From positions 69,835 through 133,834 of the IMG/VR virus record IMGVR_UViG_3300005563_000029: a stretch of 64,000 nucleotides of DNA, one strand, 5' to 3'. Origin of the DNA: a virus. The notes under the pieces were generated by a model. That model did no database searches and was not told where the DNA came from. It saw only the letters and a list, made by a program, of their open reading frames with translations. This document shows positions 40,483-49,925 of this stretch, one piece after another (the stretch's first letter is position 1; every line of letters starts with the position of its first letter). A program made the position numbers and the translations under genes.

Positions 40483-41499
40483 TCAGCCATGGCTGACCGC
40501 CGTCTCGGCGTAGGGCACGAGCGGCGTGTCGCCGGGCACGTACAGCGGGTGCTTCGGGCGCCCGTTCTCCGTGGTGCCGGACTCGCCAGGATCTGCAAGA
40601 GGTGCAGGTTCCAGACGATGGGATCCACAGTCTGAGCAGCGAAGGACGTAGCCAGTTCCGTGGCGGCCGACTCGAAGCTGGAGATTTTCAATCCGGTTGT
40701 CGCAGCCGTCATTGTTGATGTGGTGCACGGTCTCGGTTGGCAGCAGCGGCCGGTTGAGGTGGCGGGCCATAACGAGCCTGTGTTCCAAGACCAGGCCGCT
40801 GGCCTGCCTCATGCATGCGAGCGGGTCGTCATCATGAACGCGTACTGCCAGGTACTCGCCATCCCTTCCAGTTCTGACGCGACGAACTCCGGTAGGGCAT
40901 CCGCGGTCTGATCGGGTAATTCCCATTCGGGCGAAGGCGGCTTGTAGGGACCGATATGGCACCTGAAGCTTCTCCCGTACCTCGACAGTGCTGAGGCCCA
41001 GCTCCCTGTAAAGGCGTACTGCTTCCTGTTCCTGCTCGGTTGAGAGCTGGTAAAGAGCGTTACGGGTTCTGATCTTGCGTTGGTGCAAGACTGCAAGCAC
41101 TGCGTTCTCGGGCACGTCGAGACTTCGTGCCACTTTCTTGCAGCTCTTGAGATCCAAGTACAGGCGTATGACTTGATCGGGGTCGCAGAACTTGCGCGTG
41201 TAGAAGCCGCGCGCACGCCGTTCAATCCCGTTCCGCAGTAAACTGCCTCGAACCACGTAGGTGCTCAGCTTCAGATCCACGACGATCTGGTCAATGGTTC
41301 TTCCGGATTCGTAAAGGCGGGCGATTTGAGCATCGTCCACTGCAATGCGACGACCATCGCGGATTTCAACACCCCTTCGCCGCAGCGCACGTCGAACTGT
41401 CTCCGCTGATACGCCCAGGCGCCGACCTACCTCTTTAGCGTTCAGCCCGTTCTTGTAGAGTTCGCAGGCTTCTATGTCGTTGATCTTTAGGACTCCCAC
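40483..41499 (-). CDS. HNH homing-type endonuclease with tandem HTH repeats and a DUF1643-derived tail
   Basis: Four LY...HTH repeats; VLEHRLVMARHLNRPL...ETVHHINNDGCDNRIENLQL; visibly lower GC. Confidence 0.9.
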   Translation of the reverse strand: MGVLKINDIEACELYKNGLNAKEVGRRLGVSAETVRRALRRRGVEIRDGRRIAVDDAQIARLYESGRTIDQIVVDLKLSTYVVRGSLLRNGIERRARGFYTRKFCDPDQVIRLYLDLKSCKKVARSLDVPENAVLAVLHQRKIRTRNALYQLSTEQEQEAVRLYRELGLSTVEVREKLQVPYRSLQAAFARMGITRSDRGCPTGVRRVRTGRDGEYLAVRVHDDDPLACMRQASGLVLEHRLVMARHLNRPLLPTETVHHINNDGCDNRIENLQLRVGRHGTGYVLRCSDCGSHRLEPAPLADPGESGTTENGRPKHPLYVPGDTPLVPYAETAVSHG

Positions 41500-41618
41500 A
41501 GTTGCCCCCAGCGCCGTGTCAACTCGTACCGGTAGATGCGATCAGGGCTGAAGATCGCAAAGTCGTGGCCGTGTTCGTGGCGGCGGCTTTGCAGGCAGTC
41601 GGCGGTGGCGTCAGTCAT
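41487..41618 (-). pseudogene. N-terminal fragment of a DUF1643 gene
   Basis: MTDATAD...AIFSPDRIYRYELTRRWGQLWES*. Confidence 0.75.
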
Positions 41619-42211
41619 CGCCGTCCTGCCTTGCCGAGCATGCTCGTCAGCCACCGCAGGTCGTCGGCGCTGAGCCGCATGTGCCCGATCCAGGCGTTGC
41701 CGCGGTAGACGGGGATGTCGGTGCAGCCGGTGGCGTTGTCGGGTTCGACGCCGCGGCCCCAGACGAACTGGGCCGGCTGATCTTCGGCGAGCATGTTCAG
41801 GATTTCGGCCGCGAGTTTCCCGGCCTGCTTGTCGTCGAGGACGAGTTCGCCTGCGTCGTTGCCGTTGTGGTTGAGCGGGATCCGCAGCTGGTTGATGGTT
41901 GGGTGGCGTATGACGGTCTCGTCCCAGCCCAGTTCGGGTTCGCCGTCGGCGGGTTCGAACTCGTCACGGAATTCGTCGTCGGTGAAGGCCTCGTAGTTGC
42001 CGTCTTCGAAGCACACGATCCAGTCGCCAACCGCGACGGACTGCCAGCCGCCACGGCTGCTCAGGTCGATGAGTTCGTGGTCTTCGACGTCGGGGTGTTC
42101 GAGCCCGAGGAACACGTGGACCTCGTTACAGTTGCTCTCGCCGAGGAACTGGATGGCGTCGAACTCGACTTGCTTGGTGCGATAGCTGTTGGCGCCGGTG
42201 GTGGTGCTCAT
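41615..42211 (-). CDS. phage protein with YRxKxVxxEAIQF...GDWI domain and a C-terminal extension
   Basis: YRTKQVEFDAIQF...VGDWIV...F..EFEP; GGAG RBS. Confidence 0.7.
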   Translation of the reverse strand: MSTTTGANSYRTKQVEFDAIQFLGESNCNEVHVFLGLEHPDVEDHELIDLSSRGGWQSVAVGDWIVCFEDGNYEAFTDDEFRDEFEPADGEPELGWDETVIRHPTINQLRIPLNHNGNDAGELVLDDKQAGKLAAEILNMLAEDQPAQFVWGRGVEPDNATGCTDIPVYRGNAWIGHMRLSADDLRWLTSMLGKAGRR

Positions 42212-42270
42212 CTTGTGCTCCAAGGGGTGAAGGCCACGCGCGGCGCGATGGACCGCGCGTGGCCGGTCTG

Positions 42271-43110
42271 CTAGTCGGATCCGCGGTCCTGGCGCCACGG
42301 CGGCAGCGCCCCGGCGCCGCGACGGACGTTGTAGATGCGCACCACCGTCTCGGCGACGCACGCGCCGACGGTGCCGCCGGCGTAGGAGTGCAGGCCCTTC
42401 GCGTCGGACAGGACCCCGAGGGCGCCGCCGCGGTGTCCGGCGAGTTTGCGTGCCAGCGCGGCCTTGTCGAGGGTTTCGTTGTGCCGGGCGATGACGGCGC
42501 CGATGCCGCGGATCAGGTGGCCGTTGGCGGCGGCGGCGCTGTGGCCCCAGGCTTCGGTGATGACGCTGAGGGTGGCTTCGAGGTAGGCGCCGCGCCATCC
42601 GGTTTCGTCGGCGCGGCCGGACTTCCAGACGGCTTCGAGTGCGGTGACGGCAGCGATCTTCTTCTCGCTGGTGGCGAGGGCCAGGTCCCATCCGGCGCGT
42701 TGGACGATGGCGGCGATGTGGACGGCGTCGGGGTCGCCGGCGGTGATGCGGGCGGCGAACTTGTGGAAGGTGCCGACCTGCCGGGAGTCGTTGCGGCCGA
42801 GGAACAGTGCGGCTTCCTGGGCGGTGGTCAGGCCATGGAACACCTGGCATTCGATTTTGCTGTCGCCGTAGCCGGCGCGGCGGCACAGTTCGATGCGGTT
42901 CTGCCCGTCGAGGACGGCGTAGCGTCCGTCGGTGCGCTTGGACACGACGGGCACGCCGAGCTTGTCGGGGTCGAACTGGTCGACGCGGCGTTCGACCCAG
43001 TTGAAGTCGATGGGCCTGGTGTTGACGTCGTGGTCGGTGAAGACGTCTTTGAGGGCGACCCATTCGATGCTGGATGCGTGCTGATCGGGTGTGGTGTCAG
43101 GCGTTACCAT
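42271..43110 (-). CDS. ParB/Srx-like domain protein (DUF6551-like)
   Basis: FDPDKLGVPVVSKR...YAVLDGQNR...EAALFL..N. Confidence 0.8.
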   Translation of the reverse strand: MVTPDTTPDQHASSIEWVALKDVFTDHDVNTRPIDFNWVERRVDQFDPDKLGVPVVSKRTDGRYAVLDGQNRIELCRRAGYGDSKIECQVFHGLTTAQEAALFLGRNDSRQVGTFHKFAARITAGDPDAVHIAAIVQRAGWDLALATSEKKIAAVTALEAVWKSGRADETGWRGAYLEATLSVITEAWGHSAAAANGHLIRGIGAVIARHNETLDKAALARKLAGHRGGALGVLSDAKGLHSYAGGTVGACVAETVVRIYNVRRGAGALPPWRQDRGSD

Positions 43111-44041
43111 TGGCGTACTCCTTGATCTTGTTGCGGAGGCCTCTCAGGACTTGGGAGGCGTTGGAGAGGTCGCGGTCCAGAGCCGCGGCCTCTTCGTTTG
43201 TGACTGCGGGGTCGATGTCGGTGATGGCGGCGAGTCCGCTGCACAGGCCGTTGAGTGAGCCGAGGGCTTTGAGGAGGGCTTCGCGCTGGGCACGGTGGGT
43301 TTGCGGGGGCGCCGGCTGTTCGTTGGTGAAGTACGAGTTGTTCTTCACGGGTTCGCCGCGCCGCCGGGCACGTTCGGCAAGCCACCGGGTGTAGATCGCG
43401 TTGACGGTGAGCTGGACGTGCCGGCCGCCGGGTGTTTCGTGTTCGATCTGCTCGCCGGCGTACACGCGGTCGATGAGGTTGAGGGTGTCTCGGGAGTAGG
43501 CGGACCAGTCCGGATCTACGGGCACGCGGTCGTATCCGCCCATCTGGGTTTCCCAGCCTTGCCAGGCGGCGACGACGGATCGGATCTGGATGTAGTAGTG
43601 CCGGGACATGCCGATGGTGTCGGCGGCGACGTCCCGGGACTGGCGCTTGTTTTCGGCACGCTGACCGTGTTGGGCTGCCGCGCGCCGCGCGTTAGCGCCG
43701 GTGCGTTCGAACTCTTCGACGTACAGGCCGAGCAGGGCCAGTTCGGTGGCGGACCGGGGCTTGTGGCGGTCGTCTTCTTCGGCGAGTTCGGCGGCGAGCA
43801 ACTCGACGGCGTGCGCGTCGTCGTGGGCGACGGTGACGGCGATGTCGGACAGCCCGAGGTTGATGTGGGCGCGTAGGCGCCGTTCGCCGGCGACGAGGCG
43901 CCCGTCTGTGGTGACGATGACCGGGCGTTCCAGCCCGTCTTGAATGATGGAGAGCTGAAGGTCCCGGAGCTTGCCGAGGTGTATGCGCCGGTATCGCGGG
44001 TCGATGGTGATCTTCTCGACCGGCATGGTGGTTTCGGTCAT
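43097..44041 (-). CDS. ParB N-terminal domain protein
   Basis: LQLSIIQDGLERPVIV....LVAGERRLRA. Confidence 0.85.
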   Translation of the reverse strand: MTETTMPVEKITIDPRYRRIHLGKLRDLQLSIIQDGLERPVIVTTDGRLVAGERRLRAHINLGLSDIAVTVAHDDAHAVELLAAELAEEDDRHKPRSATELALLGLYVEEFERTGANARRAAAQHGQRAENKRQSRDVAADTIGMSRHYYIQIRSVVAAWQGWETQMGGYDRVPVDPDWSAYSRDTLNLIDRVYAGEQIEHETPGGRHVQLTVNAIYTRWLAERARRRGEPVKNNSYFTNEQPAPPQTHRAQREALLKALGSLNGLCSGLAAITDIDPAVTNEEAAALDRDLSNASQVLRGLRNKIKEYANGNA

Positions 44042-44665
44042 GTGGGTTCCTTGGGTGGTCATAGCTGGTTGCCGGTGTGGCTGAACGGCCAGCGTGGTTT
44101 CTCGCGCTGTTTGAGCTGGTGTTTGGCTTGTGCGAGTTCGCGTTGCAGCTGGTCGATCTGCACGTCGCGGGCGCCGATTTCGGCGGCGAGTTCGCGGCAG
44201 CGATGCTTGTCGCGCCGGGACTCGGCGACGGCGTCTTCGAGCGCTGCCTCGGCCGCGTCGGCGCGGGCTGTCTGTGTCGTGGCGGTGGCGGTTTTCACGT
44301 CGGCGAGTGCGCAGGCCCGGTCGCGTTCCCACCGGGCCTCGTCACGTTCCAAGGTGAGGCGGTATGCGGTTTTCTCCAGCGCCTGGATCCGCTCCGCGTC
44401 GGTCGGCTGAGCAACGACGGGCAGGATGACGGTCGGCTTCACAGCAGCCCCCTGGTGTCGGCGGCCTGGAGCAGCCCGAGCACATCGAGCAGAAGCCGGG
44501 CGTCCTCGGCATTGGTCGCACGCGCCGCGACGGCCCGCTGGGCGCGCTCGTTGAAACCGGGCGGCAGGTCGGTGACGGAGTCGTTGTAGCCCAGCCCGGA
44601 TCCGCCGGGTTTGTTGCGCTTCTCGGGCTTGGGCCGGTCGCTGGGGACGAGGTGTTCGGTGAGCT

Positions 44666-45673
44666 TCATGCCGCACCTCCGAGATCCTCGAAGGGAAGCT
44701 GGTCCTGCTGAAGCCGCACGGGGAGTTCGACAACCTCAGCATCGGGTCGCGGATTGATCGGTTCGGCGAGTAGCTTGGCTAGCTCGTCCATTTCGACGAG
44801 GGCCTGGCGCATGTCCGCCTGGATCTCGGCGAGGATCTCCAGCGGCGGCCGGTACTCCATGTCTGGGCCGGACTCGACCTCGATGGGCGCCGACCACTGC
44901 ACCGGTACCGGCTTTGTGGACACGTCAGCAGGGATTGTGACGATGACCGCCTTCACTGCGGTTCCGGACTCGGCGAACGCCTTGTCGGCGCAGTACTCGA
45001 GCGTGCCGCCGTGCTGCTCGACCATCGCCCGGAACTTGACGGCCTCACCCCTGCCGAAGGTGACGTTGTTTGACATGACGGCCACGAGCAGCCCGCCGGG
45101 CTTCAGGAACCGCAGGGCGTGAGTGACGTGCTGGATGTCGGCGCCGCTGGTGAACGGCGGGTTCATCACCACCCGGTCGTATCGGGGTTCCGTGGGGACG
45201 GCCAGGAAGTCGGCGATCTGCACGTTGCGAGCCGCGCCGGACCCCTTGAGTACGGCGGCGTGGTCGGGGTCCCGCTCGATGCAGTCCACAACGACGCCGT
45301 GTGCGACAAGCACGGATGCGATGGCGCCGCGGCCGGCGGACGGCTCCAGCACCTCCATGCCGGGCTTCACTTCGGCGAGCTCGACCAGGCGGTCAACGAC
45401 GGCGGTGGGCGTGGGGAAGTACTGGGACGCCTGCCGCGCCTCCCGCAGTGTCGTTACGTGGCCGGACTCCACGACGGGCGCCAGGGCATCTGCGGCGGCG
45501 GCGGGGAAAACGTGTGCTTGGACCTTCGCGTCCCACCGGCCGCCAGCGCCTTCGATGACCTCGTTGACCCGCCGATACAGGCGCGGGTCCATACGCGGGC
45601 CGGTGAGGTGCAGGTGCGGCCCGTCGGTGGTTGCGGAGCGCAGGATCGCCATGACGTTTGTAGGGATTTTCAT
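44666..45673 (-). CDS. DNA adenine methyltransferase-like protein (gamma motif order)
   Basis: QYFPTP, VLEPSAGRG (motif I), VVMNPPF (motif IV). Confidence 0.88.
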   Translation of the reverse strand: MKIPTNVMAILRSATTDGPHLHLTGPRMDPRLYRRVNEVIEGAGGRWDAKVQAHVFPAAAADALAPVVESGHVTTLREARQASQYFPTPTAVVDRLVELAEVKPGMEVLEPSAGRGAIASVLVAHGVVVDCIERDPDHAAVLKGSGAARNVQIADFLAVPTEPRYDRVVMNPPFTSGADIQHVTHALRFLKPGGLLVAVMSNNVTFGRGEAVKFRAMVEQHGGTLEYCADKAFAESGTAVKAVIVTIPADVSTKPVPVQWSAPIEVESGPDMEYRPPLEILAEIQADMRQALVEMDELAKLLAEPINPRPDAEVVELPVRLQQDQLPFEDLGGAA

Positions 45674-46461
45674 GCCGCCAACGCCTGCCGCTCTGCGGTT
45701 CGCGCCGCCCGCCGCTCCCGTGAGTCCGCCGCCTTTGCGTCACGGCAGGGATCGCAGATTGGAATACCGCAGGTCTCGTGCAGCCGGTGGCCCTTGAGGG
45801 TGCCGCAGTGGCCGGTGAAGTCCGGAAAAGCATCGGGATCGTTCATGTCGATCCCGTCCCAAGCGGCCGGCGGTGCCCAGCCCTCTCGCGCAGCTCGGTT
45901 GGCAGACCACGTTGATGCGCCTACCGCCTCGGCCAGCGTCGTGTAGGCGCCCTGTACCGCGCGGACGGTCGCAGCTCGCAACATGCTGCGGTGACCGTTG
46001 GCGATCTCAGAGATGACGGAGTGGTTGAGGCCGGAGGCGCTGGCGATAGCAGTCAGCGAATGCCGGTTCGCCACCATCGCCCGGACCTGACGCATCGCGC
46101 CGAGCCCGGACACTGACGCCATCGGGGCAGCCTCAGTAACGGCGAGGATGCGGTCGCGGGTGCTTTGGTGCACCGACCGGTAGCGGCCGTTCAGGATCCG
46201 CTCAATGGTGGTGCGGTCGCATCCTGCAGCATCAGCGATGGATTGCAGGCTGGCTCCGTCTGCACGGAGTCGTTGGAGCTTCGGTAGTACCGCTTCCGGC
46301 GTGCTTTTGGTGCTACCGAACAGCAGGCGGCGCTTCTTGACGCGGGTCGCGGCGCCCGTGCAGCGGGGGCAGCGACATCCTTGGCGGTAGCCGGTTGGGG
46401 TTCCGCAGGCTTTGCCGCCCGAGAAGGCCGAGGATGAGGCGTCACTTGAGGTGAGCGTCAC
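45670..46461 (-). CDS. Cys-cluster plus double-HTH DNA-binding protein
   Basis: CGTPTGYRQGCRCPRC; SLQSIADAAG; WAPPAAWD. Confidence 0.7.
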   Translation of the reverse strand: MTLTSSDASSSAFSGGKACGTPTGYRQGCRCPRCTGAATRVKKRRLLFGSTKSTPEAVLPKLQRLRADGASLQSIADAAGCDRTTIERILNGRYRSVHQSTRDRILAVTEAAPMASVSGLGAMRQVRAMVANRHSLTAIASASGLNHSVISEIANGHRSMLRAATVRAVQGAYTTLAEAVGASTWSANRAAREGWAPPAAWDGIDMNDPDAFPDFTGHCGTLKGHRLHETCGIPICDPCRDAKAADSRERRAARTAERQALAA

Positions 46462-46853
46462 GAAGCACCACCCGTCGGGGTGATGTGCAGTGCGATCTGC
46501 GTATGCCGCACGGGCGTGCCGAGCACGACCTCCACCTTGATCAGGTGCTTGCCGTTGTCGTCGGGAAGCACCCCGGCGTCCACGATGCCGTCGATCGCAG
46601 CCTTGAAGGACGGATACCAGTTGTGGGCGTCCCGCCGCCGCTTGTCGTGCGGGTGGAGAACAGCCTGGATGGTGGCGCGGTCGAGCTGCGGGATCTGCGC
46701 GGCACGGGCTGAGTATCCGGCGGCTTCTCGCAGGGCCTTGGTGATACGGGCCCGGGTGCGCCAGTGGACACGGTCGTTGGCGTTGAGGAGCTTCATGCCG
46801 GCGGGCAGCGTGACGACGTAGGCGCCGTCCTCGTTGATGCTGGGCGTCTTCAC
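46458..46853 (-). CDS. RusA-like Holliday junction resolvase
   Basis: LLNANDRVHW; RRRDAHN....KAAIDGIVDAGVLPDDN. Confidence 0.82.
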   Translation of the reverse strand: MKTPSINEDGAYVVTLPAGMKLLNANDRVHWRTRARITKALREAAGYSARAAQIPQLDRATIQAVLHPHDKRRRDAHNWYPSFKAAIDGIVDAGVLPDDNGKHLIKVEVVLGTPVRHTQIALHITPTGGAS

Positions 46854-47076
46854 GAGATGCTCACCGCTTCCCGCACTGCCGCGCGCAGGTTGCCGCGCAC
46901 GGCCGTGACGGCTTCGGTGAGCGTGTCGCCCACGCCGATCGCCACCTGCCCGTCGGTGTCGGTGTACATGGCCGCGACGAACCGGCCGTTCTCCACGCGG
47001 GCGTACAGGTCCAACTCGCCGCCGGAGCGACGCATTGCCGCGCCGAGACGGTCCAGGGTGTCTTTGAGGTCCTCGT

Positions 47077-47349
47077 TCACTTTCCACTCCCGATGCTGAT
47101 GGCGTTGAACGGCACCCCGAGGTGCCGCAGGTGAGCGGCGATGCTGATGGCGCGCACGTGGTTGTCGCAGGTCACGCGGAACACACCGTCTGCGAGGGCG
47201 GTCGCCGCGCCGCGGTCGAGGACTGCGGCGACAGACATGCGCTTCTGCGGGGACTCAATGGCAGTCAGGTCCGTGTCGACCCAGGACTGCTCGGACGCCT
47301 TGGCGGTAAGTCCGCCGACGGTCAGTAGGGCAGCAGCGGGCGCGCTCAT
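47077..47349 (-). CDS. hypothetical protein (paralog of 48353-48718)
   Basis: WVDTDLTAI...FRVTC...HLRHLGVP..AISIG. Confidence 0.65.
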   Translation of the reverse strand: MSAPAAALLTVGGLTAKASEQSWVDTDLTAIESPQKRMSVAAVLDRGAATALADGVFRVTCDNHVRAISIAAHLRHLGVPFNAISIGSGK

Positions 47350-48356
47350 GAGCCGTTCCCAAGCGCTGCGGCAATTCGCTCGCCGACCGCCTGGGCGACC
47401 GGTGGCGGAAAAGCGTTCCCTACCGCGCGGTAACGGGCGGTCTTGCCGCCACTGAACTGCCACTCCGGCGGGAAACCCTGAAGGGTTGCACACTGTCCGA
47501 CCGTCAGCCGCGGACCGCGGTCCTTGGGTCCGGCCAGCGTCGCGGGCTCGCCGTCGTTAGCGACCGACCGCCCATCCACGCCCATCTCGGCCCATCGGGC
47601 CCGTGCGCGGGTCGGGCCAAGGTCTGGTCCGCCATGCTTCTTTGAACCACCTACGAGAGTCGGGGCAACAGCCAGGGCCTTGTCGCCCCAGCGCATGAAG
47701 TCGAGGCCGCGGAGCCCGCGCTCATGCATGGAATCAGCCAGCGCCTCAGTAACCGTCACTCGGGCGGCAGAAGGCCGTGGTGGCGCCCAGGCATCGACGA
47801 ATTCCGGCTTCAGTGCCACAAGCACCGACCGCGGCCGAAGCTGCGGAACGCCGAAGTCGCAGGCGTTCAGGACCGACCACATCACCGGGACATAGCCGTA
47901 CTCCCGTAGCCGCGCCAGAACCTGCTCGCGGTACGGCTTGAACTTGGCCTGAAGCAGGCCCTTGACGTTCTCCATCATCACCGCGGACGGCTGGACTTGG
48001 TCGGCCAGGCGCAGGAATGACGGGATCAGGTCCCGCTCGTCGTCAGCACCGAGCTGCTTGCCGCCCTCACTGAAGGGCTGGCACGGCACCCCGCCGACGA
48101 GAAGGTCCACGTGCCCGGGCTCCGGGCTCCAGGTGCGAACGTCGGCCTGGTCGACTTTCCACCAGGGCCGGTTCAGTTCCAGCGTCGCGCAGGCATCCGG
48201 GTCTGCTTCGACCAGCACTTCGTGGTGAAAGCCGGCCTTCTCAAGACCGAGCGCTTGGCCTCCCGCACCGGCACAGATCTCAATAGACGTAAAGGCGTTG
48301 CATTCGAGGCCACGGTCGAGACCGGTAGCCGCCTCGTGAAGGGTGCCTGCGCTCAT
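47346..48356 (-). CDS. C5 cytosine DNA methyltransferase (NaeI/NgoMIV-like target recognition region)
   Basis: CAGAGG, GGVPCQPFS, MENVKG, PQLRPR, APTLVGGSKKHGGPDLGPTRA, VGNAFPPP. Confidence 0.95.
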   Translation of the reverse strand: MSAGTLHEAATGLDRGLECNAFTSIEICAGAGGQALGLEKAGFHHEVLVEADPDACATLELNRPWWKVDQADVRTWSPEPGHVDLLVGGVPCQPFSEGGKQLGADDERDLIPSFLRLADQVQPSAVMMENVKGLLQAKFKPYREQVLARLREYGYVPVMWSVLNACDFGVPQLRPRSVLVALKPEFVDAWAPPRPSAARVTVTEALADSMHERGLRGLDFMRWGDKALAVAPTLVGGSKKHGGPDLGPTRARARWAEMGVDGRSVANDGEPATLAGPKDRGPRLTVGQCATLQGFPPEWQFSGGKTARYRAVGNAFPPPVAQAVGERIAAALGNGS

Positions 48357-48718
48357 GCGGAGCCTCCGATAGTGATGGCGCTGGCGGGTGTCCCGAGGCG
48401 CTTGAGGTGGTTGGCGACGCTCAGCGCCTCGACGTCGCTGCGGCAGCCCACCCGGAACCTGCCGTCGTCGAGCTGCGTCAGCGGGGCATGGGCAAGGAAC
48501 GCGGTGACGTGGGCCCAGTCGTGCGGGGCGTGGATGGCACGCAGGTCCGTGTCGACCCAGGCGTTGTGCGTGGGCGTGCCGAGGGCGGAGGCCAGCTGCG
48601 GCAGCCCGCAGCATGAGCACGTGTCGGCGCCGGCGAGGAGCTCAGCGAGCAGGGCGTCGGTGTAGGTGTCGATGACCTGAGCGAAGGTGGCGGGTGCAGT
48701 GGCAAGCGTGTTCGTCAC
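48353..48718 (-). CDS. hypothetical protein (paralog of 47077-47349)
   Basis: WVDTDLRAI...FRVGC...HLKRLGTP..AITIG. Confidence 0.65.
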   Translation of the reverse strand: MTNTLATAPATFAQVIDTYTDALLAELLAGADTCSCCGLPQLASALGTPTHNAWVDTDLRAIHAPHDWAHVTAFLAHAPLTQLDDGRFRVGCRSDVEALSVANHLKRLGTPASAITIGGSA

Positions 48719-48959
48719 CGGCCGGCCCCCTTCGCGGGCGCCATGAATGGGCAGGCGTCGTAGTCGCCGTCGCAGGGGGATTCCATGTCGGCGCACACAA
48801 CGCAGGTCGTCTTCGTGGCCGGGTCAACCCACCGGTCATTAGTGACGTCGGTGCCGCACAGCGCGACCCTCCCGGGGTCGTCGGCACGACAGCAGGTCAG
48901 GTGGATCAGTTCCTCGTGGGAACCTGCGGTGGCGCTGGCGGACGCAGTCGTAGCGGTGG

Positions 48960-49925
48960 TCATGAGGCCTCCGCCAGGTCAAACAGAGAAGGCGCTGAGA
49001 CTTCGGCCTCGGTGTTGGTTAGGTTCGTAACCGCGGTCCGGAAGTACGACGGCTTCAATTCGCACCCAATGAAGCGGCGGCCGAGCCGCAGCGACACAAC
49101 GCCTTCGGAGCCAATGCCGGCGAAGGGAGACAGCACCAGATCGCCCGGGTTGGACCACAGTCGGACACAGCGCTCGATGAAGTCCAGCTGCAGCGGCGCG
49201 ATGTGCCGCTCGTCCGCCGACTCCTTTGCGACTCGCGTGTTCAGGGTGTTGGTTTCCTTGATCCCCCACCACACCGGGCAGACATTGTCACCGTCGATCC
49301 AGCCGCCGTCGTGGTGGTCGGACCAGATGGGGGAGGCCCAGTCGATCCAGTTGTCGTTGGTGACCTCGCCGGTGCGCGCCTCGTGCCGGATGGGTACGGC
49401 GTTCTCGCCGGGCTTGCGGAACAGCAGCAGGTAGTCGGCGAGCGCGGGACGGATCTTGGCGCTGTCGCGGTTCTTTGTGGTGAACGCCAGCGCGTGAGCC
49501 TTGGTGCGGATCGACTGCGCCTGCGGGTCCTTCCAGACTGTTACCTCGCCGTTGAAGATCCAGCCCTCGGCTTGGAAGGCGCGAATGACGTCGCCACGGA
49601 AGTCGGTCAGGCCGATGTAGCCGGCCACCGACTTCTTCAGCGCCACCTGCTGGACGTGGACACACGCAAGCCGGCCGGGCTTGGTGACGCGCAGCTGCTC
49701 GCGGATGATGAAGCTGTAGTGCCCCAGGAACTCTGCGCGGGTGGCGGAGTTGCCGAGGTCGCGCGGGCTGGGGCTGTATGTAAACAGCGAATCAAACGGG
49801 GGCGAACACACTGAAAGGTCGATGCTGTCGGTGTCGATCTCGACCAGGCGTTCGCAAGAATCGCCGAGCATGAGGGCCCAGTTCTCGCCGCGGGCCTCGT
49901 CTGTGATGTACGGATCGGTGGTCAT
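48960..49925 (-). CDS. DNA N4/N6 methyltransferase (beta motif order)
   Basis: SPPF motif IV, HIAPLQL, VLSPFAGIGSEG motif I. Confidence 0.93.
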   Translation of the reverse strand: MTTDPYITDEARGENWALMLGDSCERLVEIDTDSIDLSVCSPPFDSLFTYSPSPRDLGNSATRAEFLGHYSFIIREQLRVTKPGRLACVHVQQVALKKSVAGYIGLTDFRGDVIRAFQAEGWIFNGEVTVWKDPQAQSIRTKAHALAFTTKNRDSAKIRPALADYLLLFRKPGENAVPIRHEARTGEVTNDNWIDWASPIWSDHHDGGWIDGDNVCPVWWGIKETNTLNTRVAKESADERHIAPLQLDFIERCVRLWSNPGDLVLSPFAGIGSEGVVSLRLGRRFIGCELKPSYFRTAVTNLTNTEAEVSAPSLFDLAEAS

